A stretch of 64,000 nt of DNA from Myxococcota bacterium (GTDB taxonomy: Bacteria > Myxococcota_A > Polyangia > Polyangiales > Houyiibacteriaceae). Below the pieces are notes generated by a model that was not told the origin of the DNA, made no database searches, and saw nothing but the letters and a program-made list of their open reading frames with translations. Position numbers and translations under genes: made by a program. The stretch lies in contig JBCDFZ010000015.1 of NCBI GenBank assembly GCA_039177115.1, positions 10,193-74,192 on the forward strand, written 5' to 3'. Each line of letters starts with the position of its first letter. The first letter of the stretch is position 1. Below are positions 40,921 to 50,165 of the stretch, piece after piece.

Positions 40921-40950
40921 GGGTGTCGCCGAAAGGCGGCACCCTTTTTT
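40921..40950 (+). terminator. canonical intrinsic terminator
   Basis: GGGTGTCGCC-GAAA-GGCGGCACCC followed by TTTTTT, 29 nt after the stop at 40892. Confidence 0.75.
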
Positions 40951-41023
40951 ATGCATTCTGCGCCCCACTGGATCCCCCTGCGGCGCCTCTGGTACGGTCG
41001 CGCGCTCGAACGGGAGGTGTGAT

Positions 41024-42055
41024 GTGAGGACCTTGGCTTTGTGTTTCGTGGCCCTGCTGGCCGTTGGGTGTGGTGACGACGACAGCGGCCCCGGAGGGTC
41101 CGGCGGGACGGCCGGCTCCGGAGGAAGTGGAGGCGATGGCGGAGCGGGCGGAACCGGCGGCTCCGAGGCCCCGCTGCTCGATGAGTACGTCCTCGAAGAC
41201 GAGATGCTCGTCCCGGAGAGCGGCACGTTCGATTCGGTTGGTCGGAACTTCTACGTCGGAAGCGCGACGGAGGGCAGCGTGACCCGCGTGGCGGCCGACG
41301 GCGCCGAAGAGGTGTTCTTCGAGCCCGAGGGCGACAACTGGCGGACCCTCGGCATGGTGGCCGATGTGGAAGCGCGGCGCCTGTGGGTCTGCGCGCAGCG
41401 CACTGACCCCGTAGAGCAACAGATCTGGGTTCTCGACCTCGATTCGGGTGTGCAGAGCTTGGTTCTCGACATCCAGGACGACGCCGCGGCCGACGGCACG
41501 TGCAACGACGTCGCCCTCGACGCGGGCGGCCTCGCCTACGTGAGCGACTCGAGCAACCCGCGCATCTACCGCGCCGACGCTGAGGAAGAGTCGATTACCA
41601 CTTGGGCAGACGATCCGCTTCTCGGACCGGACGGCGGCAGCTTCGGTGGAAACGGCATTGCGGTGACCGAGGACGATGCGTTCGTGTTGCTCTCGAAGAC
41701 CTTCGCGTCGCAGATGTCGCCGCGGTTCCTCCGAATCAATCGCGCTGACCCGTCGGATATCGAAGGGATCGCCACCACCCCGGAGCTAGCGGGGACCGCG
41801 GACGGGATGAGCTTCCTCGACGGCGTGCTGTACCTCTCGCTGGTGGCCGAGGGCGACGTGCTCCGGATTGCCTCGGACGACGACTGGGCCACCGCCACCA
41901 TCGCGAGTACCGCGGCCGTCTCGGGGACCTCGACGGTGCGCCCTGCCGAGGGGCGGCTCTACGCGATTTACAGCGATATCACCAACTCCCTGCTTGGCCT
42001 GCCTCTGAATCCGCCGTTCCGGATCTTCGAGGTGGACCTCGATTCGTTCGAGTGA
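41024..42055 (+). CDS. lipoprotein, possibly beta-propeller (SMP-30/gluconolactonase/LRE-like)
   Basis: GTG 41024 follows GGGAGG. The lipobox is LLAVGC, followed by a GGS/GGT linker. Repeated strand-like segments (e.g. NGIAVTEDDAFVLLSK) are present. The fold assignment is a guess. Confidence 0.5.
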   Translation: MRTLALCFVALLAVGCGDDDSGPGGSGGTAGSGGSGGDGGAGGTGGSEAPLLDEYVLEDEMLVPESGTFDSVGRNFYVGSATEGSVTRVAADGAEEVFFEPEGDNWRTLGMVADVEARRLWVCAQRTDPVEQQIWVLDLDSGVQSLVLDIQDDAAADGTCNDVALDAGGLAYVSDSSNPRIYRADAEEESITTWADDPLLGPDGGSFGGNGIAVTEDDAFVLLSKTFASQMSPRFLRINRADPSDIEGIATTPELAGTADGMSFLDGVLYLSLVAEGDVLRIASDDDWATATIASTAAVSGTSTVRPAEGRLYAIYSDITNSLLGLPLNPPFRIFEVDLDSFE

Positions 42056-42065
42056 GCGAGCCGAC

Positions 42066-44429
42066 TTGTCAGGCCGGACTCCGCCCCGTACGGTGCGCGC
42101 CGTCGTGACCCGAGCGGCCGCAGCCATCTTCCTTGTCTTCTTGGTGAGCGCCACGGCGGCTGCCGATGAGCCTGCGTGCCCCCCGGGGAACCTGCTGGCC
42201 GGAAAAGCGCCGAGTCAGTCAAGCGGCGTCGGCGCGCCAAGCCGGCTCACCAACGGCGTGATGGCCAACGAGGGCGAGGCTTGGGACAGCACGCTCACGA
42301 GCAAGATCGACGCCGGCGGATACCTGGTGTACGACCTCGGCGCGCCGACGCGGATTACCGCGCTCGACCTCCAGGGTGACAACAACGACGAGTACCTCGT
42401 CGACATCTCCGACGACGGGCAGTCCTTCACCCAGATCTGGTCTGGGGACCCGGTGCGCGGCGAGGGCATGCGGCGCCGCAACGTACGCGGCCTCGACGCG
42501 GTGGGCCGATACCTCCGTTTTCGGGCCCAAGGTGGGGACAACTACTACAGCCTCAGTGAGGTTCAGGCGTTCTGTCAGCCCCCCGCGTCGTGGCCGCCCC
42601 CGGTCGAGCTGAAAGGAACCGGCGCCTGGTGGTGGAAGAACCTGATGAAGAAGCGGGACCACCGCTACCGGCTCGGGCTCAACGTACTCGGGCTGCTGTT
42701 CTTCCTGGCGCTCTTCGCCGCGAGCGAGCGCAAGCGGCTGCTCGGAATCGCGGTTGTGCTCGCGCTCGCAATGCTCGGCCTGTCGACCTATCGCTTCTAC
42801 GGTGCTCGGCATGCGCCCTGGTTTGCCGAGTGGGGGGTTTACGTCGTGGGCGCGGGGCTTGCCCTGTATCTGCTCGGTGGCTGGATACGTGCCAAACGGG
42901 AGTCGGCGGCGCTTTGGTGGGAGCGCGGCGCGCTGGTTTGCGTCATCGTCGCGTGCGCCGCGGCGTGGGTGAACTTTGGCGTCTATCACAGCTCGCGCAT
43001 CGTTCACTACTGGGACACCTTCCACTACTACATCGGGTCGAAGTACTACGAGGAGAACGAGTACGAACGCCTGTACGAGTGCGTCCTCGCCGCCGACTAC
43101 CAGGACCGAGGCGCGGCCGACTTGCGCAAGCGCAAGATCCGCGACCTCGGCGACAACCGACTTCACTACCTCACCGAGGACGACGTCAAGCGCTACGAGG
43201 AGACCTGTGTCTCGCACTTCTCTCCGGAGCGCTGGGAGGCGTTCAAGCAGGACGCCCGCTCGTTCCGCACCGTCATGGGGACGTCTTGGTGGCGCGACAT
43301 GGTCATGGACCACGGGTACAACGCGAGCCCGATCTCCAACATGGTTGCCGCAGCGCTGACGAACGTCGGGTGGGCGAGCCAAGTCCCGGACGACCCGACG
43401 GTCCGCGTGCGCCCGGACGACATGAAAACGTTCAGGACTCGGATTCTCCGATACGCGACGATCGACTTCGCCCTCTACGGGCTCTCCTTCTTGATGATCC
43501 TCTGGGCGTTCGGCCTTCGAAGCTGCGCGCTCGCGGTGCTCGTCTGGGGAACCGGATATCCGTGGGCGTACTTCTGGACTGGGGGCAGCTTCGCCCGCGT
43601 GCCGTGGTTCTTCATGGCCGTGGCCGCGGTCTGTCTGCTGAAGAAGGGGTGGCCCTTCCTATCGGGATTTTCGCTCTCTTGGAGCGCACTCCTCCGGCTG
43701 TTCCCGGCCGCGCTCGCGGGAGGGCCGGGCGCCGCCATCGTCGACCGCTTCATTCGACGAAAGAAGATCGACCGGCCTTGGCTGAACACCGAAGACAAAC
43801 GGTTCATTGCCGGTGGGCTCGTGGGTGTGTTGGTTCTTTGCTCGTTCAGCCTCGCCATCAACGGCGTGGAAGCGCACACGCGCTTCCTCGGCAACACGCT
43901 GAAGCACGCCGAGACGCCGCTCACCAACCACATGGGGCTCCCGACGTTGCTGTCCTACCGGCCGAGCAAGGTCGGTCGCTACACCAAGGACCAAAGCCTC
44001 GAAGACCCCTGGCAGAACTGGAAGCAGACCCGCAAAGACACCAAGCACGACCGTCGCTGGGCCCAAGCGCTCATCCTGCTTGGGATGTTCCTGCTGCTCG
44101 CCGTGGCGGGGCGGAAGATGGAAAGCTGGGCGCTCCTCGCTAGCAGTACCATCCTCATCATCGGGTTCTTCGAGCTGACCTGCTACTACTACAGCTTCGT
44201 CATACTCATGGCCCCGGTGGCGATCGACCGCCTTCGGCATGTCGTCGCGCTGATCCTCATGGTCACCGCGGGGCTCGTGATTCAGTTCCTCGTGGGTTGG
44301 TACGACGAGCAGTATCTCCTCGAGACCCTCGCGTGCCTGCTTCCGCTGCTGTACATCATCGGCGACATCGGGGCGACGACCCCGCCTTTTCGAGCCTCTC
44401 CCGAGCCTCGTTTGGGGTCCGCAAGCTGA
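42066..44429 (+). CDS. polytopic membrane protein with N-terminal F5/8 type C (discoidin)-like domain
   Basis: TTG start. A signal peptide is followed by YLVYDLGAPTRITALDLQGDNNDEYLVDISDDGQSF...YLRFRAQGGDNYYSLSEVQAF (discoidin-like), then more than 10 hydrophobic helices. Confidence 0.6.
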   Translation: MSGRTPPRTVRAVVTRAAAAIFLVFLVSATAAADEPACPPGNLLAGKAPSQSSGVGAPSRLTNGVMANEGEAWDSTLTSKIDAGGYLVYDLGAPTRITALDLQGDNNDEYLVDISDDGQSFTQIWSGDPVRGEGMRRRNVRGLDAVGRYLRFRAQGGDNYYSLSEVQAFCQPPASWPPPVELKGTGAWWWKNLMKKRDHRYRLGLNVLGLLFFLALFAASERKRLLGIAVVLALAMLGLSTYRFYGARHAPWFAEWGVYVVGAGLALYLLGGWIRAKRESAALWWERGALVCVIVACAAAWVNFGVYHSSRIVHYWDTFHYYIGSKYYEENEYERLYECVLAADYQDRGAADLRKRKIRDLGDNRLHYLTEDDVKRYEETCVSHFSPERWEAFKQDARSFRTVMGTSWWRDMVMDHGYNASPISNMVAAALTNVGWASQVPDDPTVRVRPDDMKTFRTRILRYATIDFALYGLSFLMILWAFGLRSCALAVLVWGTGYPWAYFWTGGSFARVPWFFMAVAAVCLLKKGWPFLSGFSLSWSALLRLFPAALAGGPGAAIVDRFIRRKKIDRPWLNTEDKRFIAGGLVGVLVLCSFSLAINGVEAHTRFLGNTLKHAETPLTNHMGLPTLLSYRPSKVGRYTKDQSLEDPWQNWKQTRKDTKHDRRWAQALILLGMFLLLAVAGRKMESWALLASSTILIIGFFELTCYYYSFVILMAPVAIDRLRHVVALILMVTAGLVIQFLVGWYDEQYLLETLACLLPLLYIIGDIGATTPPFRASPEPRLGSAS

Positions 44430-44449
44430 TCGCCTAGAATTGTTGGGGG

Positions 44450-44962
44450 ATGAACACGCGTGCGCTCTTCGGACTCGCGCTGCTCGTGGTGGGCTGCGCT
44501 GGCGGTAGCGGTATCGAGACGGCTTGTCCGAGTGGCCGGGTGGCGCTGTGCGACAATCCTTCTGATACACTGGCCTGCTGCCAGGAATTCAAGTGTGACG
44601 ACGGGCGTATCGTTCCTTGTTCGAGCCTCGCGCGGGCGGAGTGTCAAACGCAGGTGTGTGACCGCGTGGTCGACTTCGACCCCACCATGCCTGGCACCGG
44701 GGGCACCGGCGGCGGCATGTCGGGGACGGGCGGCATGGGCGCAACCGGGGGCGACCCGGGGCCTGGCGGCACGGGCGGCACTGGCGGCACGGGCGGCGTA
44801 GGCGGCACGGGCGGTGCCGGGGGTGCAGGCGGGGTCGGCGGCGCAGGAGGCGTGGGCGGTGTCGGCGGCGTGGGTGGAACTGGCGGCGCCGGTGGCGTCG
44901 GCGGCACCGGTGGTGCAGGCGGCGTAGGCGGCTCGGGCGGGGCCGCTGGCGCATCCACGTAG
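44450..44962 (+). CDS. lipoprotein with Cys-rich domain and long (GGX)n tail
   Basis: The lipobox is LLVVGC. There are eight Cys in residues ~26-70, followed by ~90 residues of GGT/GGV/GGA triplets. Confidence 0.65.
   Translation: MNTRALFGLALLVVGCAGGSGIETACPSGRVALCDNPSDTLACCQEFKCDDGRIVPCSSLARAECQTQVCDRVVDFDPTMPGTGGTGGGMSGTGGMGATGGDPGPGGTGGTGGTGGVGGTGGAGGAGGVGGAGGVGGVGGVGGTGGAGGVGGTGGAGGVGGSGGAAGAST
44684..44959 (+). repeat. in-frame GGN-GGC-NNN tandem repeats encoding (GGX)n
   Basis: Visible 9-nt periodicity (ggcggcacg / ggcggcgtg / ggtgcaggc ...) within the CDS above. Confidence 0.7.
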
Positions 44963-44997
44963 GTTGCAGCGTGCGTCGTCGAGACTTACCCTCAGCC

Positions 44998-45380
44998 GGT
45001 TAGACCGGTTCAAGCGATCGCTGGTGTGCTCTGCACACGGGAGGAAAGTCCGAGCTTCACAGGACAGGATGCCAGGTAACGCCTGGTGGGGGCGACCCCG
45101 AGGAAAGTGCCACAGAAAGCAAACCGCCTCGCCGCCGCAAGGCCGCGCGGCAAGGGTGAAAGGGTGAGGTAAGAGCTCACCGGGCTGGCGGTAACGTCGG
45201 TCGCACGGCAAACCCCATCCGAAGCAAGACGAAATAGGGAGGCGCATGAGGGTGGTTCCGCCCGAGTCTCCGGGTACCGTCGCTCGAGGCCGCTGGCGAC
45301 AGCGGTCCCAGAAGAATGATCGCGACCTGCGTTTCGGCGACGACCGCAGGAACAAAACTCGGCTTACGAACCCTCTAACC
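44998..45380 (+). ncRNA. rnpB: RNase P RNA, bacterial type A
   Basis: Conserved blocks are present: GGGAGGAAAGTCCGAGC, CAGGTAACGCCTGG, ACAGAAAGCAAACCGCC, GGGTGAAAGGGTGAGGTAAGAGCTCACC, CAAACCCCATCCGAAGCAAGACGAAATAGGGAGGC, AGAAGAATGATCGC, ACAAAACTCGGCTTAC. P1 pairs GGTTAGACCGGTTC (5') with GAACCCTCTAACC (3'). The ends are accurate to a few nt. Confidence 0.9.
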
Positions 45381-45568
45381 ACGGCGCGCGGCTTCGGTCG
45401 GGCGCCGTGCTGTTTGTGGCACGCGCTACGGATCCCGCCGAAGTGCGACCGGGAAACGCCAATGGTCTGCAGACCCGGAATCTGCCCGACCGGGAGGTGT
45501 TGTCCATTCATCGGCCGCGGGGTGACTCGCGAGCGAGACGAACAACCCACCGACTCAGGAGCGAGACG

Positions 45569-46171
45569 ATGACCTCAGCGACGACACTCGAAGACACACG
45601 GACCCCGCGCACCGCCTACTCCGAGAGCGGTACGCGCGCGAAGCTTCAGCAACGTGTCGCCGCGCCCGACCCGTCGGTTCTTCAGGTCCCGTGCCTGAAG
45701 GTGGTCTTTCAACACAACGGGCGACCTCGGCGAGTGGAGTGGCAGTGCCACGGGTCGGTCGGGTTCACGGGCTGCCCGCGCGACGCCGGATGTCAGTTCG
45801 CCGACAGCTCGCTTCATCTGACCGTTCAGGATTCCGCCGCCCGCGTGACCTGGGTCGACCTCGACGGCCTGTCGCTGGTGGACCGAGGAGCCCGTGGCGA
45901 CCGCCGAGTCGAGCCGTATCGAATCACGGATGTGTCCACCGTCCACGACGGGTTCGTGACCACGTACAGTTCGGTGCTCGCTTACCGTGTGTCGGACGAC
46001 CAGGGGCAGACGTCTCGGACGAACCTCACTCGGGTCACGGCCTCGTTCGTACCGGGTTCCAGCCTTCACCTGTTTTTCCTCTATCGAGACGTCGAGGGAA
46101 ACCCGGGACGGATCTCCGTGTTTGCCGATGCGGGGCGCGACGGCGCGGCGGCGCTACCGACGGCCTGCTGA
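45569..46171 (+). CDS. hypothetical protein
   Basis: ATG 45569 follows AGGAGCGAG, inside track ORF 45407..46171. 200 aa, no motif recognised. Confidence 0.5.
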   Translation: MTSATTLEDTRTPRTAYSESGTRAKLQQRVAAPDPSVLQVPCLKVVFQHNGRPRRVEWQCHGSVGFTGCPRDAGCQFADSSLHLTVQDSAARVTWVDLDGLSLVDRGARGDRRVEPYRITDVSTVHDGFVTTYSSVLAYRVSDDQGQTSRTNLTRVTASFVPGSSLHLFFLYRDVEGNPGRISVFADAGRDGAAALPTAC

Positions 46172-46208
46172 CGTCTGTATGGACGTGCCTCAATCGGCAC
46201 GCCCTCGG

Positions 46209-47960
46209 CTACATCGAGATCGAGCCCTTGCGGAAGTCCGAGCCGCCGATGTGGACGTTGAGAATGACCGGCTTTCCGGACGCCGCGATTCGCTTGGCTG
46301 CGTCGATGGTCTCGTCGATCTTGGAGGGGTCGTCGAGGAGCAGTCCGACGCCGCCGTAGCCGGCGCCCGCGTCGTGGTACGCGCTCCGCCGGAGGACGGT
46401 CCCGAGGTCGGTTCCGAGGAGCGGCACCTGTTCTCTCGCGATCTGGGCCCATGAGCCGTCGGTGCCGATGACCGCGATGGGCGCCATGCCGTGACGAACG
46501 AACGTGTCGACCTCCGCGAGGCTGTAGGCGCACGCGCCGTCACCGTAGATGATCCACATCTCCTTATCCGGCTTGACCGCGGCGGCTCCCACGGCGAAGC
46601 CGCCACCCACGCCGAGGGTCCCGAACACACCCGGGTCGAGCCACGATAGCGGCGCGCGCGGTCGCAGAATGTACGCGGCCGTCGCGACGAAATCCCCGCC
46701 GTCGACCACGAGCACGGCGTCGTCGGACATCTTTTCCTCCAGCCGAAGGAAGAACTGAAGGGGGTTCACCAGCTCCGACGGCGCGGCGGCCTGTTCGCGG
46801 ATCTCGGCGTCCCGCGCCTGTTCGCGTTCGCGAAGCGCATCGAACCAGTCGGTCCACGGGCCGAGGCCTCCGCCGACCGCGTCCGCGAGTCCACGAATGA
46901 AGTCGCCCGGGTGACCGTGCACGGGAATCTCGGGGCGGCGGTTCTTTCGAAGGTCGGTTGCGCTCAGGTTCGCCGACACCAGCGTGGCGCGGCTCGAGAT
47001 GCTTCGGCCGTAGCCGAGCCGGAAGTCGAACGGGAACCCGGCGACGATGACCAGGTCGGCCTCCTTGAGCGCGGCGCCGCGCTTGTGTCGGAACTGGATA
47101 TCGCTGTGCCGGCCGAGGAGACCGCGAGCCGTACCGCCGAGCCACGTGGGGATGCCGAGCGCGCGCACCGCGTCCGCGAGCGGTTCGCCGTCGGTGTAGT
47201 TGACGAGGGCCTGCCCACCGACGACGAGCGCGGGTCGCTTTGCGTCGCGGAGAAGCGAAGCGACCTTGTCGACGTGGCCGTTTCGGAGGCTGGGGCGGGG
47301 CGGAAGCGAGTCGCGGATCGACGGCACGAGATTGACGTGCGGCTGGTGGAACTGCCGGTAGAGGTGCCCACGCATGTACAGTTCGAGGGCCTTCGAGCCG
47401 ATGTCTTTCGCCCCTTGCACGCCGCTCTCTTTCATGAACATGTCGCGCACGAGCTCTTCGGCGTACAGCAGGTCGATGGGCACCTCGATGAAGACCGGCC
47501 CCGGGACGCCTTCCGTGGCGACGTCGAGCGCCTTCTCGACCGTAGGCCCGAGGCTTTGCACCGTCTTGAGCGATACGGCCCACTTGGTGATCGACTCCAT
47601 GAGTGAAAGCTGGTCGATGTCTTGAAGTGCGCCTCGCCCCTTGAGGAGTGTTGCGGCGGCGCCTCCGAAGATGAGGAGCGGCGACTGCGCGAGCTGCGCG
47701 TTCTTGACCGCGGTCACCGTGTTGGTGACACCCGGGCCTGCGGTCACAGCAGCCACGCCGGGGACGCCCGTCATGCGGGCGACCGCGTCGGCGGCGAACA
47801 CTGCGCTGACTTCGTCGCGAACGTCGACGACGTCGATGCCGTGAGCCTTCGCGCCGATTAGGATGGGCGAGATGTGGCCGCCGCAAAGTGTGAAGAGTTG
47901 CTTCACCCCGCGTGCCGCGAGGGTCCGGCCGATGATTGCGCCGCCGTCTTGAGACATCAT
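46209..47960 (-). CDS. thiamine diphosphate-dependent enzyme (acetolactate synthase / 2-hydroxyacyl-CoA lyase / oxalyl-CoA decarboxylase-like)
   Basis: Start ATG 47960 forms an ATGA overlap with the upstream thioesterase stop. The N-terminal pyrimidine-binding domain reads [11 protein letters not shown]...[14 protein letters not shown]. The ThDP motif is [13 protein letters not shown]...[17 protein letters not shown]. Confidence 0.8.
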   Translation of the reverse strand: MMSQDGGAIIGRTLAARGVKQLFTLCGGHISPILIGAKAHGIDVVDVRDEVSAVFAADAVARMTGVPGVAAVTAGPGVTNTVTAVKNAQLAQSPLLIFGGAAATLLKGRGALQDIDQLSLMESITKWAVSLKTVQSLGPTVEKALDVATEGVPGPVFIEVPIDLLYAEELVRDMFMKESGVQGAKDIGSKALELYMRGHLYRQFHQPHVNLVPSIRDSLPPRPSLRNGHVDKVASLLRDAKRPALVVGGQALVNYTDGEPLADAVRALGIPTWLGGTARGLLGRHSDIQFRHKRGAALKEADLVIVAGFPFDFRLGYGRSISSRATLVSANLSATDLRKNRRPEIPVHGHPGDFIRGLADAVGGGLGPWTDWFDALREREQARDAEIREQAAAPSELVNPLQFFLRLEEKMSDDAVLVVDGGDFVATAAYILRPRAPLSWLDPGVFGTLGVGGGFAVGAAAVKPDKEMWIIYGDGACAYSLAEVDTFVRHGMAPIAVIGTDGSWAQIAREQVPLLGTDLGTVLRRSAYHDAGAGYGGVGLLLDDPSKIDETIDAAKRIAASGKPVILNVHIGGSDFRKGSISM

Positions 47961-48355
47961 TCGCTCCCTGGTCCATCGAGCACGTGATGCTCGAGCACGA
48001 AACACGTAAACGTACCTTCGAACACTTTCGTCGAGCCGACGTGCGCCTCGACCTGAACTTCGCGTTTGCGGCCGCGGCTCTCCATGGTGCGCGCGCGTGC
48101 CACAACGCGGTCGCCTTCGACGACCGGTTTCAAGAAGCGCGTGGCAGCTGCGCCGAGCACCACGTTGGGGTCGTTCACGGCGAGCATCGCCGCGAAGTCG
48201 GCGAGTCCGAAGACGAACCCACCGTGAACCAAACCGCGGTCGTCCACGGTCATGGTCGCACTCGCGTCGAGCGAGGCGGTGGCGGTGCCGTCGCCAATCT
48301 CGACCACTTTGCCTGTCAGGGCTGGATCCGCGCCCAGATGGGTGTTGACCTTCAT
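47957..48355 (-). CDS. hotdog-fold thioesterase (PaaI-like)
   Basis: 132-aa ORF. GLVHGGFVFGLADFAAMLAVN is typical of the PaaI/4HBT hotdog family. Confidence 0.75.
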   Translation of the reverse strand: MKVNTHLGADPALTGKVVEIGDGTATASLDASATMTVDDRGLVHGGFVFGLADFAAMLAVNDPNVVLGAAATRFLKPVVEGDRVVARARTMESRGRKREVQVEAHVGSTKVFEGTFTCFVLEHHVLDGPGSE

Positions 48356-48485
48356 GGAGTCGGGACGATTACACGAGCTGCGCCTGGAGAAAAGCAGCTC
48401 GCCTGGCGCTCCGGCGGCTTTATCGCTTGCCGTTTGGGCGTTCGGGTGTCTAATACACTTCAGATCAGGCGAGACGGAGGGTCAT

Positions 48486-48740
48486 GTGAACGAGTTGGCG
48501 CGTTACCTCATGGAAAACGCATACATCGACTTCCAAGGCGGAATCACCATCGAGGAAGTACGAAAGTTTCTCCGCGACGAGGATAGTCGTGAGTCCCGCG
48601 CACTCTTGTCGCGACTCATCGAGGACAACGGCCTCGATGACCTCATGGTGACCATTGCCGATTGTCTCAAGGAATACATCCGAACGGGAATCAACGAAGA
48701 CATCGTGCGCGCCCAGCTCACGACGTATAGCGACTCCTGA
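48486..48740 (+). CDS. small acidic hypothetical protein
   Basis: GTG 48486 lies 5 nt after GGAGG and is the tail of track ORF 48252..48740. 84 aa, no TM helix and no recognised motif. Confidence 0.45.
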   Translation: MNELARYLMENAYIDFQGGITIEEVRKFLRDEDSRESRALLSRLIEDNGLDDLMVTIADCLKEYIRTGINEDIVRAQLTTYSDS

Positions 48741-48793
48741 GGCGCCTCGGTCTCAGGGCATGGCCAGGAATCTCTGCTAAGCTCGGCTCTCCC

Positions 48794-49681
48794 ATGCGGT
48801 GGATGGTATTGTGCATTTTCCTAGCTTTCGGGGGCTTCGCCTGCGAGCGGTCCACCGGCGCCGATAGTGGCGGCATCACCCCGCCCTCCGCCGAGCAGCC
48901 GCTGCCTGCCAATGCCGGCGAGCCCATCGAAGACCTTCCTCAGGTCGACACCAAGTCGCTCGACGAGTTCTCAAAGGGGATCTGGCGCGACATGGTCAAC
49001 GAGCTCCTGTCCCCTTGCGGGGATCCGGTCAGCGTCGCGCGCTGCGTGGCCGAAGGTCGAAAGTGCAAGCGATGCGTCCCTGCGGCGCGGTACGTCGCTC
49101 GCCTGGTCGACGAAGGCTACGCCCGCGACGAGATCCGGGACATCTATCGGGTCCGATACGACGAGGGCACCAAGGTCGAGATCAGCGCGAAGGGGTCTCC
49201 TCTCCGAGGTTCGCCGATGGCGCCCGTCACCATTTACGAGTTTAGCGACTTCCAGTGCCCCCACTGCCGCCTCGCAGCGCCGTACCTCAAGCAGGTGGTC
49301 GACGGCTCGAACGGCAAGGTCAAAGTCGTGTTCATGCAGTACCCGCTGCCAGGGCATCCGAAGGCGCGCGAAGCCGCGGCCGCGACCATTGCCGCCGACA
49401 AGCAGGGCAAGTTCTGGGAGATGCACGACCTGATCTTCTTGAACCAGGACAAGCTGGGCGGCGTGAACTTCGACGACTACGCGAAGAAGCTCGGGCTCGA
49501 CGTCAAACGCTTCCAAGCCGACATGAAGTCCGACGAGACGGAGGCGAAAATCAAAGCCGACCGCGCAGAGGGCAAGAAAGCCGGCGTCGACTCGACGCCG
49601 AGCATCTACGTGAACGACCGACGTTTCATTTTCCCACCAGACAAGCTGGACGCGTACGTCCGTGAAGAACTCGGTCAGTAA
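48794..49681 (+). CDS. DsbA-family thiol:disulfide oxidoreductase (secreted)
   Basis: It has a signal peptide, a thioredoxin-fold active site FSDFQCPHCR, and a C-terminal GVDSTPSIYVN. Confidence 0.85.
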   Translation: MRWMVLCIFLAFGGFACERSTGADSGGITPPSAEQPLPANAGEPIEDLPQVDTKSLDEFSKGIWRDMVNELLSPCGDPVSVARCVAEGRKCKRCVPAARYVARLVDEGYARDEIRDIYRVRYDEGTKVEISAKGSPLRGSPMAPVTIYEFSDFQCPHCRLAAPYLKQVVDGSNGKVKVVFMQYPLPGHPKAREAAAATIAADKQGKFWEMHDLIFLNQDKLGGVNFDDYAKKLGLDVKRFQADMKSDETEAKIKADRAEGKKAGVDSTPSIYVNDRRFIFPPDKLDAYVREELGQ

Positions 49682-50165
49682 GTTCGCGGTCCTCGTGGTG
49701 CTGCTGTCGCTCTCGATGGCGACCATGGCCCATGCCCTCGCGCCCGGGGATACCCCGCCAGCTATCAACCTGCCCGACCAGTCGGGGGAGCAGGTCGACC
49801 TCAACGCTCTTCGCGGCAAGGTCGTGCTGGTCGACTTCTGGGCATCGTGGTGTGGCCCCTGCAAGCAAGAGATGCCGATCCTCGAAGCGCTGCACAAAAA
49901 GTACGAACCTCAGGGCCTGGTCATCGTCGGCGTCAACATCGACAACCAGGAAAAGAAGATGGCCAACTTCCTCAAGGCGCACCCCGTCACCTTCCGTCAG
50001 GTCCGCGACAAGAAACTCAAAGTCGCCTCCCGGTACAAACCCCCCACCATGCCCACCACCTTCCTCATCGGCCGGGACGGCAAGCTCCGCATGATCCACG
50101 AAGGATTCAACAAGAAGGACGCCGCGAAGATCGAGGCGGAAGTGAAGAAGGCGTTGGCGGAGTAG
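49662..50165 (+). CDS. TlpA/ResA-like periplasmic thiol-disulfide oxidoreductase
   Basis: GTG start overlaps the DsbA-like gene by 20 nt. It has a signal peptide and the active site DFWASWCGPCKQEMP. Confidence 0.85.
   Translation: MKNSVSKFAVLVVLLSLSMATMAHALAPGDTPPAINLPDQSGEQVDLNALRGKVVLVDFWASWCGPCKQEMPILEALHKKYEPQGLVIVGVNIDNQEKKMANFLKAHPVTFRQVRDKKLKVASRYKPPTMPTTFLIGRDGKLRMIHEGFNKKDAAKIEAEVKKALAE

Noticed and set aside
44684-44959. Tandem repeats considered as a CRISPR array or VNTR
   Set aside because: The period is 9 nt with no spacers, and the repeats are in frame within a lipoprotein CDS. They are coding low-complexity sequence, not CRISPR. I saw no CRISPR-like repeat-spacer array anywhere in the window.
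44282-45550. 422-aa minus-strand ORF (and the plus-strand ORF 45246..45572)
   Set aside because: Both overlap the RNase P RNA, whose conserved blocks are unambiguous, and the (GGX)n gene. The sequence is Ala/Arg/Pro-rich and low complexity.
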